Of a stretch of DNA of 64,000 nt, positions 52,251 through 64,000 are shown one piece after another. Numbering within the stretch: the stretch's first letter is position 1; each line of letters opens with the position of its first letter. The DNA is taken from NCBI RefSeq assembly GCF_009914755.1, contig NC_060942.1; one strand, given 5' to 3'. Under the pieces are notes generated by a model, which was not told the origin of the DNA, did not search any database, and saw only the letters and a list, made by a program, of their open reading frames with translations. The position numbers and the translations under genes were made by a program. This DNA comes from the human T2T-CHM13v2.0 reference genome, Homo sapiens.

Positions 52251-53654
52251 CAGTAAGAAATTCTAAATGCAGGAAAAATATCAACATGTATACAATGACA
52301 TCATTTGCAAGTCAAAGTTAAAATAATGAGAAGAGGTTTTGATGTGATATGTTTCCCCAACTATATATGTAACCTCTTTTGTGGCTTTTTGCTATATTCT
52401 AGCATTTTTATTCACTAGTACTATCATTAACTGTATATTTATCATCTAATTAGCTCCCTATTTTCAATTAACCCCCAACATACCAGAAAAAATCATCGTC
52501 ATTTATCATCTGAGTCCAATGGGTCCTTTTTAAAATATATATTTTAAGTCATTTTACAAATAATTTATGGAACAATAAAGAGATAATGAAAAACTTATTT
52601 AACATTTCATAAGAAGTTAAACACAGCACACCTCACTGGGTCAAGTAAATGCTGGAGCACAGGCATTGTAAAGGATGAAACAGCACTGTCACACACTTTG
52701 TGTGAGTCCCATCACAAAATATTGGTGGACTAGACTGAATCCTTCCTGATTGAATGACAAACTGAATGAAAATACCATATTTTCTTTTGTGCCCCTAGAA
52801 ATGTATTGTTCACTCATCTTTTCTTGAGTTGGAGAAAATTCAGGCAGAATATCACCCTCCGAAAACTCATAATCTCAAATTTTGTGTGTATGATTAATTT
52901 CAACATCATCACTCAAAAGTAGAATGCTGCTCTCCACCTCTTTGCATGTATGCATTGATTCATCTTAAATTTTTGAACCAGATTTATCTATCTCTTTCCT
53001 TTATCATTTTGGGCAGAAAATATAAACTTTGAAATTCTTCACTCTTTTTAATGGAAGCTAAAAGCAGCGGACCACAAAGATGGTGTCTTCCATCTCCTCT
53101 TATACTATTCTTAAAAAAAATGATATAATACTTTGGGCAATGTAATTAGAAAGCTGAAGAATTACTAATATATTATTCTTCAGCCTCAAATTTAGGGAAT
53201 TCCATGATTCTTATGTCTTATTATTTTAGTCTGCTTAGCCTAATTGTTAATAATTGATGAGTAATGATGAAATAATTCCTAAGATGATGTACTAACACAA
53301 TGTTCCAAGATGTAAAAAAAAAAAATATTAAGATCACTATAAGAACTCATTATGTATCTTGGATTTTCAAAAGAGTTTAATGGGCCTCTATAGTAACTGC
53401 AAGATTTAATTTTTTTCTGTTTAAAGTAATAGTAAATTTTCTCTTTGTTCTTTGGAAGGCTTTGAATAAATAATAACTATCAGTCCTTACAAATAGTTAA
53501 AACCATTTTTAAAAATTTCAAATGCAAATCAGATCCAATGGGCCTTAATGGCATACCAATGACATGGATTTATTTTAGTGCTAAATTTTATATCACTAAC
53601 ATGGGAAAACCAATAACATTTGCCATTTTGGTTATGATTGTGTCCCTTTATATA

Positions 53655-54119
53655 CTCCACCTAAAGTGACAATGGCTTTAACAGATATATTTCTCACAGA
53701 AATGTAGTCCAGAGAGAGACAGTCCAACCTTAGAAATGGCAGCATCATGGCCATTAGGGACAAGTATCCTTCTACTTTTCTGCTCTGTCATTCTCAGGAT
53801 TGCCTCACTATCCAATTTAGCTGTTGTTGCTCCAGCCATCTCATCTATATGACAGGCAAGAAGGAAAAATGGGCCTAGGGAAGAAAGTGTGCGTGCCCTA
53901 GATTAGTCAGTGTCCTGTGAGCATTTTTACCAGGTGTCACCAATGGCATTTCTGCTTATCTCACTGGCCAGGACAAAGACACATGACCACACCTAGGTGC
54001 AAGGAAGGCTAGGCCTTACAGCCTTTTAGCTGGTACACTGCCACTACCAATAATGGGATTCGTTAGGAAAGAAGAAGCAAATAATGGATACTGGATGGCA
54101 AACAATAGTTTATGCCACA
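53655..54119 (-). mobile_element. Old MaLR LTR (MLT1J/K-like)
   Basis: TCTGCTTATCTCACTGGCCAGGAC..CACATGACCACACCTAGGTGCAAGGAAGGCTAGG..TATGCCACA. Confidence 0.7.
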
Positions 54120-54604
54120 ACTACCAAAAACAGAAGATGACTACAAACACATACATGAAAAACAAACTATGATTAAACTATAGATATATACCGTTTATAA
54201 CTAAAGTTCAAAGTCCAAAATCTTCTCACATTTGGTTTAAAAGGGAAAATATAAAGCACCAGAAAAATATTAAAAATCTTCTCTTTGACCCCAATCAAAA
54301 GCACTGAAAGAGAAAATAACTATTTTCCTTTAGTGATTTGATAATTTAGTGATTTAGTATTATTTAATGTCATATTTGTGTAACATGTAAAAATCACTTT
54401 CTAAATGACCAGTGGTATGGAGCTTGCATTTGGGGAAAGTCTGGCTTTCACAAAGAAATCATGAAAGGAGATAAGATTATAGAGGTAAAATGAGGATAAA
54501 GAGTAATAAAAGACTTTGGTGCTAAATCAAAAAATTCTAAATTAGAATTTTGGAATTTATACCTGTAAGGGTATTTAGACATTATCCAACCATAGAATCA
54601 TAAT

Positions 54605-54846
54605 ATCACTGTTTATTGCAGCACTGTTCACAATAGCCAAGATAAGGAATCAACCTAAGTGTCCATCAATGAATGAATGGGTAATGAAATTACATACATA
54701 TATACAACAGAATAGTATTCAGTCATTAAAAAGAGTGAAATCTTGTAATTTGCAACAACATGGATGGAATTGGAGGACATTGTGTTAAATGAAATAAGCC
54801 AGGCACAAAAAGAAAAATACTGTATGTTCTTACTCAGATGTGGGAG

Positions 54847-54889
<43 letters not shown>

Positions 54890-55255
54890 ATTCATGGAGA
54901 TAGGGAGTAGAATAATGGTTACCAGAGGCTGGGAAGGGTAGTGTGGAGGGGGCAGATAGAAACAGATTGGCTAATGGGTACAAAATATAGTTAGATAGGA
55001 GGAGTAAGATCTACTGTTTGGTAGCAAAATAGTGTGACTATAGTCAACAATAATTTTATTGTATTTTTCCAAATAACTAAGAGTAGAATTGCAGTGTTCC
55101 TAACACAAGTAAATGATAAATACTTGAGGTGATGGCTACCTCAGTTACACACATAGGCAGTCACACAGCATACGCTTGCATCAAAATATCACATGTACCT
55201 CATGAATATGTATAACTGTTAAGTATCCATAATAACTAAAAATTAAAAATCTAAA
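54605..55255 (+). mobile_element. L1MA-like 3' end with an internal A37 run
   Basis: TGTTTATTGCAGCACTGTTCACAATAGCCAAGATA..TGGTTACCAGAGGCTGGGAAGGG..AAATATCACATGTACC. Confidence 0.9.
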
Positions 55256-55552
55256 ACAGTTGTCCTGATTTTCTTAAAAATATGTCAAATTGACTTGAAA
55301 TAATCATAATAAAAATGACAAAAATTAAGACAATAAAGAATATCATAAGTTAAAAAGCAACAACAAAAAGTATCATAACCTTATAAAGTTGAAATTTATT
55401 TTAGAAGTAATCTTGCCCGTTGAATAGAACAATTCTTTTTAAAACATCTTTGGAACCTAGTTATTTAAGCTGTTTCAACCTTTTCAATGAGAATAAAATC
55501 AATAATAGGCAACCAATTCCATTTTAAAACATTTCTAATCCTAAAACATCCT

Positions 55553-55887
<335 letters not shown>

Positions 55888-56039
55888 CTAATACAATTTA
55901 CCATTTCTCCCCTGGACCAATAATAAAGCAATTTAACAAGTTTTCCAGGTATAAAGGCTATATAAATTCTATTCACTCAGTTTTATTTATTTATAACTTC
56001 CACTTATTGGTTCTTATAGAGACCTGAATACATTTTTAT

Positions 56040-56920
56040 GCAAAAAATACAATTTATACAAATAAGGAGCCCTTTGACTCACCCTTAGTCCTACTTAGCC
56101 ATTATTGTCAGCTTGTTATGAATTATTCCAGATATTTATCTCTTTATGCACATAGGGAAATATTTTGTTTTATGGATTTTTTCCATAAACCATAATACAT
56201 ATATATTATCTGCAACATGCTTTTATTTGAATTTGATAAATCTTGCTGATCTCTATACATCAGAACTCATATATCTTCTTTCATTTTAACTGCTGCATGG
56301 TATTCCATAGCTATGATGTATATAACATAATTATGATACGCCCTTAGGGTATCTTCTTTTTAAGACAGGATCTTGCTCTGTCACCCAGATTGGAGTACAG
56401 TGGTGCAATCATAGCTCACTGTACTCTGGAACACCTGAGCTCAAGTGATCCTCCTACCTCAGCCGCCCGAGAAGCTGAGACTTACAGGTATGCACTCCCA
56501 TGGCCTGGCTAATTATTACATTTTTTTGTAGAGACAGGGTCTTGCTGTATTGCCCAGGCTGGTCTTAAACTCTTGGCCTCAAGCAATCCTACTGCCTCAG
56601 CCTCTCAAAGTGCTAGGATTACAGGTGGATATTTTCAGTTTAGGGCAATTAATAAAATTGCTAAACATCCTTGTAAATGTTTTTGTGTATGTACCTTTGT
56701 GTATATTCATTTGTGTACAAAAGTTTTCAAAATTACATATAAACAAATGTGCATTTTTAAAGTACTGATCATAACAAATTACTCTGCAATACAACCATGC
56801 AATTTTACACCCACTAGCAGATTACAAGAATCTCCATTTCCTCACATTCTCACTAATACTTTATATATCAGTATTTGTATCTTTTCCCAATCTGAAACTT
56901 TTTTGAAGTCATATGCAATA
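56040..56920 (-). mobile_element. L1ME-like 3' region, antisense, interrupted by an AluJ
   Basis: TTTTAACTGCTGCATGGTATTCCAT..AATTTTACACCCACTAGCAG..TCCATTTCCTCACATTCTCACTAATACT. Confidence 0.7.
56353..56626 (-). mobile_element. AluJ-type, slightly 5'-truncated
   Basis: GCAATCATAGCTCACTG..CTCAAGTGATCCTCCTACCTCAGCC..AAAGTGCTAGGATTACAGG. Confidence 0.93.
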
Positions 56921-57049
56921 TTTCTGTAAAATCTCTTTTTTTTTCAATACTCTCTGGTTCTTTTAATCCCATCTTTATAGGTCATGATTTTCACACCTTC
57001 CACTATCCCAACTTGCCTCCCAGAGATACTTCAATTTATCAATGTTTCT

Positions 57050-57590
57050 CTTACAATGTATTTCCAATAACTGATTATAATGGTACAAGTGTACTTTGAC
57101 CTGACCTGCGTACAAAATAGAACTATTACCTACCTTGTTCTGAGCTAATAGATCTTAATATTTTGTGAGTCACTGTTCTCATTGAGAATCTAACAAAAGA
57201 AATGAGCTTTTCTGCCCTCCCCCACCCCACCAAAATACACAGGCATGCAATATGTACACAAGGTCAAAGATTTTGTGAAGCACAGACCCAACATTAATCA
57301 TTTATTAATGCAGCCCCATATCACATTTATATTTTGGTAGTGACCTCACAATATTGTTGATTTGTATTGAGTTTGCAATCAACTACATCTCAAGTCTTGT
57401 TTACATTAACTACTGAAACATTACATCTTTCTCAGCCTATATTTTTAAATACTTTTTAAAGCTGGCTACTGAGCGTTTGCATTATTCCTTTTAATTTTGC
57501 CTGTTCCATCAGCCCATTGAGCTGTTTGTTAACTGTAAGTCTGCTGCTAACCTAATTTATGAATGTCTTCATTCATGTCAATGAAAATGA
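57050..57590 (-). mobile_element. Probable L3/CR1 fragment with a small nested DNA-transposon remnant (about 57145-57290)
   Basis: TTTATTAATGCAGCCCCATATCACATT..ATTGAGTTTGCAATCAACTA resembles antisense L3; very degenerate. Confidence 0.4.
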
Positions 57591-58052
57591 TTTCAGTAGG
57601 AGCACAACAACATGTCATTCAGCCTGTCTTCACAGGCTTTTTTTTTTTTTTTTCAACAAATATTTTTTGAGTGACCTCCGTGGGCCGGGCTATGGAGTAA
57701 CTATACTGTGACCTAACACACTTTGCTTCCCTGCAAATTGTTCAATATACTTGCTGAAATTCAGCTCTACTTCATGCGTGGTACCCACAGTCTACCAAAT
57801 TAGTAACCTAAACACTAGAATAGGAATTGATATTAGTTTTCATTTCCTGATTTGTTTATTCTTTCAAAAAAATTTTTGAGTGGTTTCCAGGGGAGAGGTG
57901 CTGTGCCTGGGGCTGGAACTGCAGTGGTACACAGGACAGAATGAGGCCTCCTTTTCAGCTTGAACTCTTGCAAGGAATTGCAATGCTCAGGCTGACTCCT
58001 ACTCATCACCACATTCCTTGCTGATCCTGCAAAAACTCCTATTAAACAATCT

Positions 58053-58365
<313 letters not shown>

Positions 58366-58839
58366 CTATAAAGAACAAAGGGAGAGGGTCATGACCTTGC
58401 TCTTTCCAAACTTAAATAGCTAACGATTAAACTTGACATTATTTGATCAACAGAGTGGTAAAATTAATGAAATGGTGTCTAAAATAATGTTCGAGAAATT
58501 TTTTGTAAATAAATGAAGCAGAGAAGTAAAACAAAGGGATAGCAAAAATATTGCAGCTAATACAGAACATTAAAAACTAGTGTAATCTAATCCATGGGCC
58601 ATGAAGATAAATTTCACTTAATGAAATTCATAATATTCTCTCTTATTATCTTTTCAAATTTACTGTTATCACCAGAGGCATAACTCCTACTTTATATTCC
58701 AAAAAAGAAGTCCCAGATCTAAATCTCTGAGTCTCTGGCAATCGGGCTTAAATGTTTCACTATCTAATCATGTCATTTATAATTATAAAGTGTACAGCTC
58801 TATTCCTGGATTTGTGGGTCTCTTACAAATATAAACTAT

Positions 58840-59060
58840 CACCTGGTGTTCAATTGATCAGTAGAGTTACTATAGTTAACACGAATCAATTATACATCTC
58901 AAAGTAGCCAGAAGATAATATTTTGAATGTCTATAGCATAAAAAAGAATATTTGGGGTGGTAGATATATATACCAATTAACCTGACCTGATTATATGAAT
59001 GTATCAAATTATCACATGTACCTCAAAAATATGTATACCTAATATGTATCAATAATAAAC
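58840..59060 (+). mobile_element. L1MA-like 3' terminus followed by (GATA)n
   Basis: ACTATAGTTAAC..TCAAAGTAGCCAGAAG..AATTATCACATGTACCTCAAAAATATGTATA. Confidence 0.8.
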
Positions 59061-61359
59061 CAGATGGATAGATAGATAGATAATCATGAGTCTTGCTTTT
59101 CCAGAGGGGCACATAACATAGAATTAATTCCAATTCCACTGGAAAAATTTTATTTGGTCTGATTAGTGTCAATGAGGGGGGAAAATTCAGTAGTTTTCAT
59201 CTAAATAGTCACAAATTCCATTTTCAATAACGCTCATATCATACAATGAACTAATTTTTCAAGCAACTTTTCAAAAATCTATACATTACCATGCTTACTG
59301 TACTTACTATCTAAAATAACAAAAGAAGCATACTGATTTGGGATTAATATGGCTTCTAGTCCATGCATTCATGGACCTTAATGAGGATGGTAATATTTTA
59401 AAAAATACATGAAATTCACGGTTCTTTAGCTCCATGGGACAGAAAAGTGATTTCCTACACAAGCTTAAAGACATAATTAAACATATATTTCATTTCTCTT
59501 TCAAGAATATTCTTCTGAGCTTATCGAATACAGCTGCAGGGAAAGCAACTGGCAGTTTCCAGGCAAAAGGAAAACTATCAGTTCTTTATAAGCTGCTTTA
59601 TGGGTTGTCAATTTCTCTATCTTTCCACATTGGCATCTTCTGTCTTGATATCATTTAAATTAAATTAGAAATTAGTGTTTTACTGGGAAAAAATAATGTT
59701 GCTACAGGGCAAAAAATAAATAAATAAATAGCCACATTAATGAGAATTTTTCTAATTACTTTCTAGTTAGCCAGGCAGTTCTGTTGACCTTTGCTGTGTT
59801 TTTAGGAGAAGCTGTTATCAGAAGAAAACTCCACAGTTATAACTGCACATTACATTTTTTAAAAAACCTCAAACTTTCTATGTTCAGGGAAGTATTTTTA
59901 CTCAGCATGGGAGCCAAGATTCTGAAAAAGATTATCATACTGTGAGCTTTTGATTACATGACATTTAATAAAAAATTACTCACAGTATACAATATAAAGA
60001 GAACAAAAAATACTTTTGTTAAATGTTTTAAATATATAAAATATATTTATAAATATATACTTATATAAATGGTCACATTTTATACAATAGCTACCAAGTG
60101 TGAACGAGCCCATAATTCATAAATAAAACTGTCCATGACTCATCTAACATAAATTTTATGAAAGAGTAGGAGAAAGTAGTTCCAATGATTATATTTTGCT
60201 TTTGACTATGTTTATAACGGAATTCTCTTTTACACAGAGAGCGCAATTGTTATTTTTGTAATTTAGGATAAGTCTTGTGGGTAGATGAATGATTTAGCTA
60301 CTAAATAAAAATACAACTTTATCATTGTCAGTTGGTTTTTATTTCTTTCTGTTCTTTTTATCAAGAATATTCAATGGCTGGTCCAATGCGAGAAGAAGAA
60401 ACAGGGCAAATCCTGGGGAGGTCCCAAATCACGTCAAGTGTGGACCAGTAAGAATGTGGTCAGTAGCGTCAGATCAGCATCAAAGATGCAGAAGGATGAG
60501 GTATACAGAGCACAGGGATAAGGATTTGGGGAGGGCCCCCTGCCCTCTCAGGGTCTCTCTTTTCAGCTAGGGCAGCCCCCATCAGAGCACTCAGTGTTAT
60601 AGAGACACAGCCTGGACCCTCTTCCTGCTTGAGCTCCTCTAAGTGTGTCTGAGGACTCATGCCTTCTTGTAAAGAACTCACTTATCTGAGAGTCATAGTT
60701 TCATAGTACAATCCCATTCACTTGTTTGTGAATAATCTCTGCATCATCCATCAGGGCCAAGGCCCTATCTTACCTTTACCCTGACTCCCCTGAATATGCT
60801 ACACTACAAGATTAAGCATCTATTAAGTCCAGGCTGACTCTCTCTGGAAATTTCTTTTTTTTTTCTTTTTAATTTAATAGATCTATGCTACATTTTATAA
60901 CATCTAGCAGTAAAAGCCACTGTTTAATCATGATGTATATCAGACTCCCCATTCCTGCTTCTCTCCAGCCTTCACCCCATAAAAAAATTGCTAAATTCAA
61001 AGCTTTTTGAACTCATTCTATAAATCTGAAGTTCTGGAAAATTATTTTATTCAATATAAGCTGTCCATATTTCACTTCCAAATGCTAGATTAAATTCTTT
61101 CAACGTGACAGTGTTTTATAGTTTTCTAAAATACAAAAATTAATTAAAGAGTATAGCATATGCACAGAGACAATGATATCATTTTCAAAGATTTTAATCC
61201 TTTCTAAATGTTTATATTTTTTCTAATTTTATCTTCCCTCATTCTCTGGCAAGTATACCCTTCTTCGCTTCCTACGCTCATCAAAAAAATGGCAGCAAGA
61301 CAACCTCCAGCACTGCATTCTATGCAGACTTGAGTATATGCAACAGTGTCTTCAACTCA

Positions 61360-61567
61360 TGTTTGTTTTACTAATACATAATTGTACATACTTACGGGGT
61401 ACATGTGATATTTTGATACATGCATATGATGTGTAATGATTGAACCAGAGCAATTATGATATCCATCACCTCAAACATTTATGACTTTTTTGTGTTGGAA
61501 ACATTTCAAGTCCTCTCTTCTAGTTCGTCTATTTTGAAATATACAATAGATTATTGTTAGCTACAGT
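61360..61567 (-). mobile_element. L1MA-like 3' terminus, antisense
   Basis: AATTGTACATACTTACGGGGTACATGTGATATTTTGATACATGCAT..TATCCATCACCTCAAACATTTAT. Confidence 0.85.
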
Positions 61568-62317
61568 GAGCATTTCACCAGCAGACTTAATCAACTTGTG
61601 TTTACAAGCAGTGTGCTACAAGCACTGAAGACTTGCCTGCCATCTTGTGCAATGTTTACTAAATGGGAGGCCTACAGAAACCAAAATGTGTCTCTCTGAG
61701 CATTGGAAAGTATGGCAGTGTTAGCACTGATTATTATTTGTGCCTAAATTAGACTTAATTTGCTCTAGGTTAGATACTATACCCTTCTCAATCAATACAA
61801 TATTTGTCATGCTATGGAAAATTGTAAAATATACAGTGATTGCTGAGATCTCATCCATCTAGAATTTGTATGTACTAATTTTATTTAATGTCAAATAGCA
61901 TTGATTTAGAATTAGCCAATGTAGTATGGGAAAAAACATTTCTCAGAATGCATATTCTTTTTCATATTTACTTTGAGGTAGACTTCTTAGTATCATTGGG
62001 ATAATATTGGAATCCAACCTGATATAAGAACCTACCCTCTGCTAATAAAATTTTAACTCATGTATTTCTTCTTCTTCCTTCATATTTTTGTTTTCTAACA
62101 ATAAAAATTATGAAATAAGAACCTAGCCCTGGGCCACAAACCATTTGGGGAAATTCCTCAGTATTAGCATCTCAATTTTTTAACTAGAGAGAAAACAAAT
62201 CAATAATTGGATTAATAATTAGGTTCTTGAGCTTCTAAAATGTCTCTCATTACTTGATGGGTTCTTTATTTTTTTCTCCTTCTTCCAGTTCCTCTCCCTC
62301 TCTCTCCCACTTCCCCG

Positions 62318-62319
<2 letters not shown>

Positions 62320-62353
<34 letters not shown>
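62320..62353. repeat. (CT)n microsatellite within a polypyrimidine tract
   Basis: About 17 CT units seen directly. Confidence 0.95.
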
Positions 62354-62357
<4 letters not shown>

Positions 62358-62828
62358 ACTCCGGCTCTAGGTATAGGTCTATCTCAACTCCTTCCCTCCC
62401 TGCCCACTTCCTGAAAACAACTTACTGAAGATGCAAGACAAACCTGAGGTATGTTGAGGGGAACTAAAGTCCTAGAGAGGCTTATGTCAGACCATAGGGT
62501 CTGTATTTACAGTTCAGTTTCCCCAACCCTCGTGTTTAGGTTTGTTCTCCAGCACAGGAAGATGGACCGGGAAGTGATGGGAACTTCCAGTAATGACCAT
62601 CACTGACCCATAGAAAAGAAAGTATCCTATACCCTCAGAGAAGCTCTGAAGGAGACAGAGATAGAGAAGAAGGGATGTGAGGAACGGCTGAGGGGGCAGA
62701 GGCATGAGTAGGGCCCAGTGCCTCTCTCACTGCCCCTCAGACGGTGGTACCAAGGTAACCATAGCAAAGGCCTGCCCAGAGCACGTTTGTCCCAACTCAC
62801 TGCAGCATTAAGTGCCCCAAAATTTTTC

Positions 62829-63145
62829 AGCAACTTGGATGGAGTTGGAGGCCATTATTCTAAGTGAAGTAACTCAGGAATGGAAAACCAAATATTGTAT
62901 GTTCTCACTTATAAGTGGGAGCTAAGCTATGAGGATGAAAAGCATAAGAATTATATAATGGACTTAGGGGACTTGGGGAAAGGAGAAGGGGGTGAGTGAT
63001 AAAACATTACACATTGGGTACAGCATATACTGCTCAGATGACGGATACACGAAAAACCTCAGAAATAACCACTAAAGAACTTATCCATGTAAACAAAAAC
63101 CACCTGTTCCCCAAAAACTATTGAAATACATTTTTTAAAAAATAA
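62829..63145 (+). mobile_element. L1PB-like 3' end
   Basis: GCAACTTGGATGGAGTTGGAGGCCATTATTCTAAGTGAAGTAACTCAGGAATGGAAAACC..CCACCTGTTCCCCAAAAACTATTGAAAT. Confidence 0.92.
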
Positions 63146-63149
63146 ATAA

Positions 63150-63461
63150 TTAAAGATCTAAATAAATGAAAACATGTTCCATGTTCGTGGATTGGAAGAC
63201 TTAATATTGTTAAGACGGCAACACTCCCAGTACTTCACTCTTTTTGATGCTATTACAAATGGAATTTAATTTGCAAATCGTTCATTGCTAGTGTACAGAA
63301 ACACAACTGATTTTCATTTGTTGATCTTGTATCCTGCAACTTTGTTGAACTCATTCATTACCTCTCATAGTTTTGGGGTTTTTTAATGTTAATTCTTTGG
63401 GATTTTCTATATATACTATTGCGTCATCTGGAAATAAAGTCATTTTACTTCTTCCTTTCCA
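63150..63461. mobile_element. Two L1M ORF2 fragments in opposite orientation (63150-63228 plus, 63229-63461 minus)
   Basis: Sense CCATGTTCGTGGATTGGAAGACTTAATATTGTTAAGA abutting antisense TTGTATCCTGCAACTTTG..TTTTACTTCTTCCTTTCCA. Confidence 0.8.
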
Positions 63462-63485
63462 AAAAATAAAATAAAATAAAATAAA

Positions 63486-63600
63486 ATAAAATGGGAAAAA
63501 GAGAGCCCCTTTTCTAGGTTGTTGTGAGGATTAAATGAGTTAACAAACTTAAAGCTCTAAAACAGGGCCCAGTATACAACCAACTCTCCCTCAATCATTT
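63486..63600 (+). mobile_element. MIR 3' half, preceded by (AAAAT)n
   Basis: AAAATGGG..GGTTGTTGTGAGGATTAAATGAG. Confidence 0.75.
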
Positions 63601-64000
63601 TATAAGAAATATAATACGGTGTACAAGAGGGCAAAGGACATAAAATTTAGAAAGGGTTTGAAAATGACCTTCAAAGCCTTAGGGGAGAAGGATTATAGGA
63701 GGAAAATGGCATTTTTAATCTTCTCGAAATATAGAATTTTTAATAGACCTAGCAAACTGGCAAGGGAGCCATTTTTCAGTTTATTTGCTTGTTTTGCTTT
63801 CCAACAAAACCTAAGTAAGGCTCCCTAACTGCAGCCTTACAGTTAAATCGGTTCCTTTGCATGGGTTCAGACTGAGTAGAATTAATATATCTGCCCATTG
63901 ACTCCCAGTGTTCTCTCCATGACAGGTCAGTATTGCTTGTCCCACAAGGACTGACTTAATGGCCTGCATCAGCAGCATATTGTGTGATTCATTTTCTTTG

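Noticed and set aside
60325-60570. Peptide NGWSNARRR resembling TALE homeodomain helix 3 (WFxNARRR)
   Set aside because: Lacks the invariant WF pair and the rest of the homeodomain; chance match

Overview
AT-rich, CpG-depleted primate (human-like) non-coding DNA, either intronic or intergenic. I found no convincing protein-coding exon chain, CpG island, tRNA or rRNA. Roughly half of the window is recognisable interspersed repeat: 10 Alus, many L1 3' fragments (L1PA/PB/MA/ME-like), L2, MIR, about 10 solo LTRs (MaLR, ERVL, ERV1) and hAT/Tigger MITEs. The two gene-derived items are a full-length RPL30 processed pseudogene (minus strand, 42086-42564, two nonsense codons, TSDs) and a U6 snRNA/L1-3'-end chimeric retrocopy (28869-29100) with a possible 3' transduction. 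Other observations: an L1 with a tiny 5' inversion, nested LTRs with intact TSDs, template-switch-like inverted repeats in a MER57-type LTR, a paired GTCTAGAC (SMAD) palindrome, an NF-kB motif inside a perfect inverted repeat, a candidate 48-nt minus-strand exon and a 3'UTR-like segment. Repeat subfamily names come from recalled consensus sequences, not a RepeatMasker run, and old-repeat boundaries are approximate. I see no support for a wholly new biological system.
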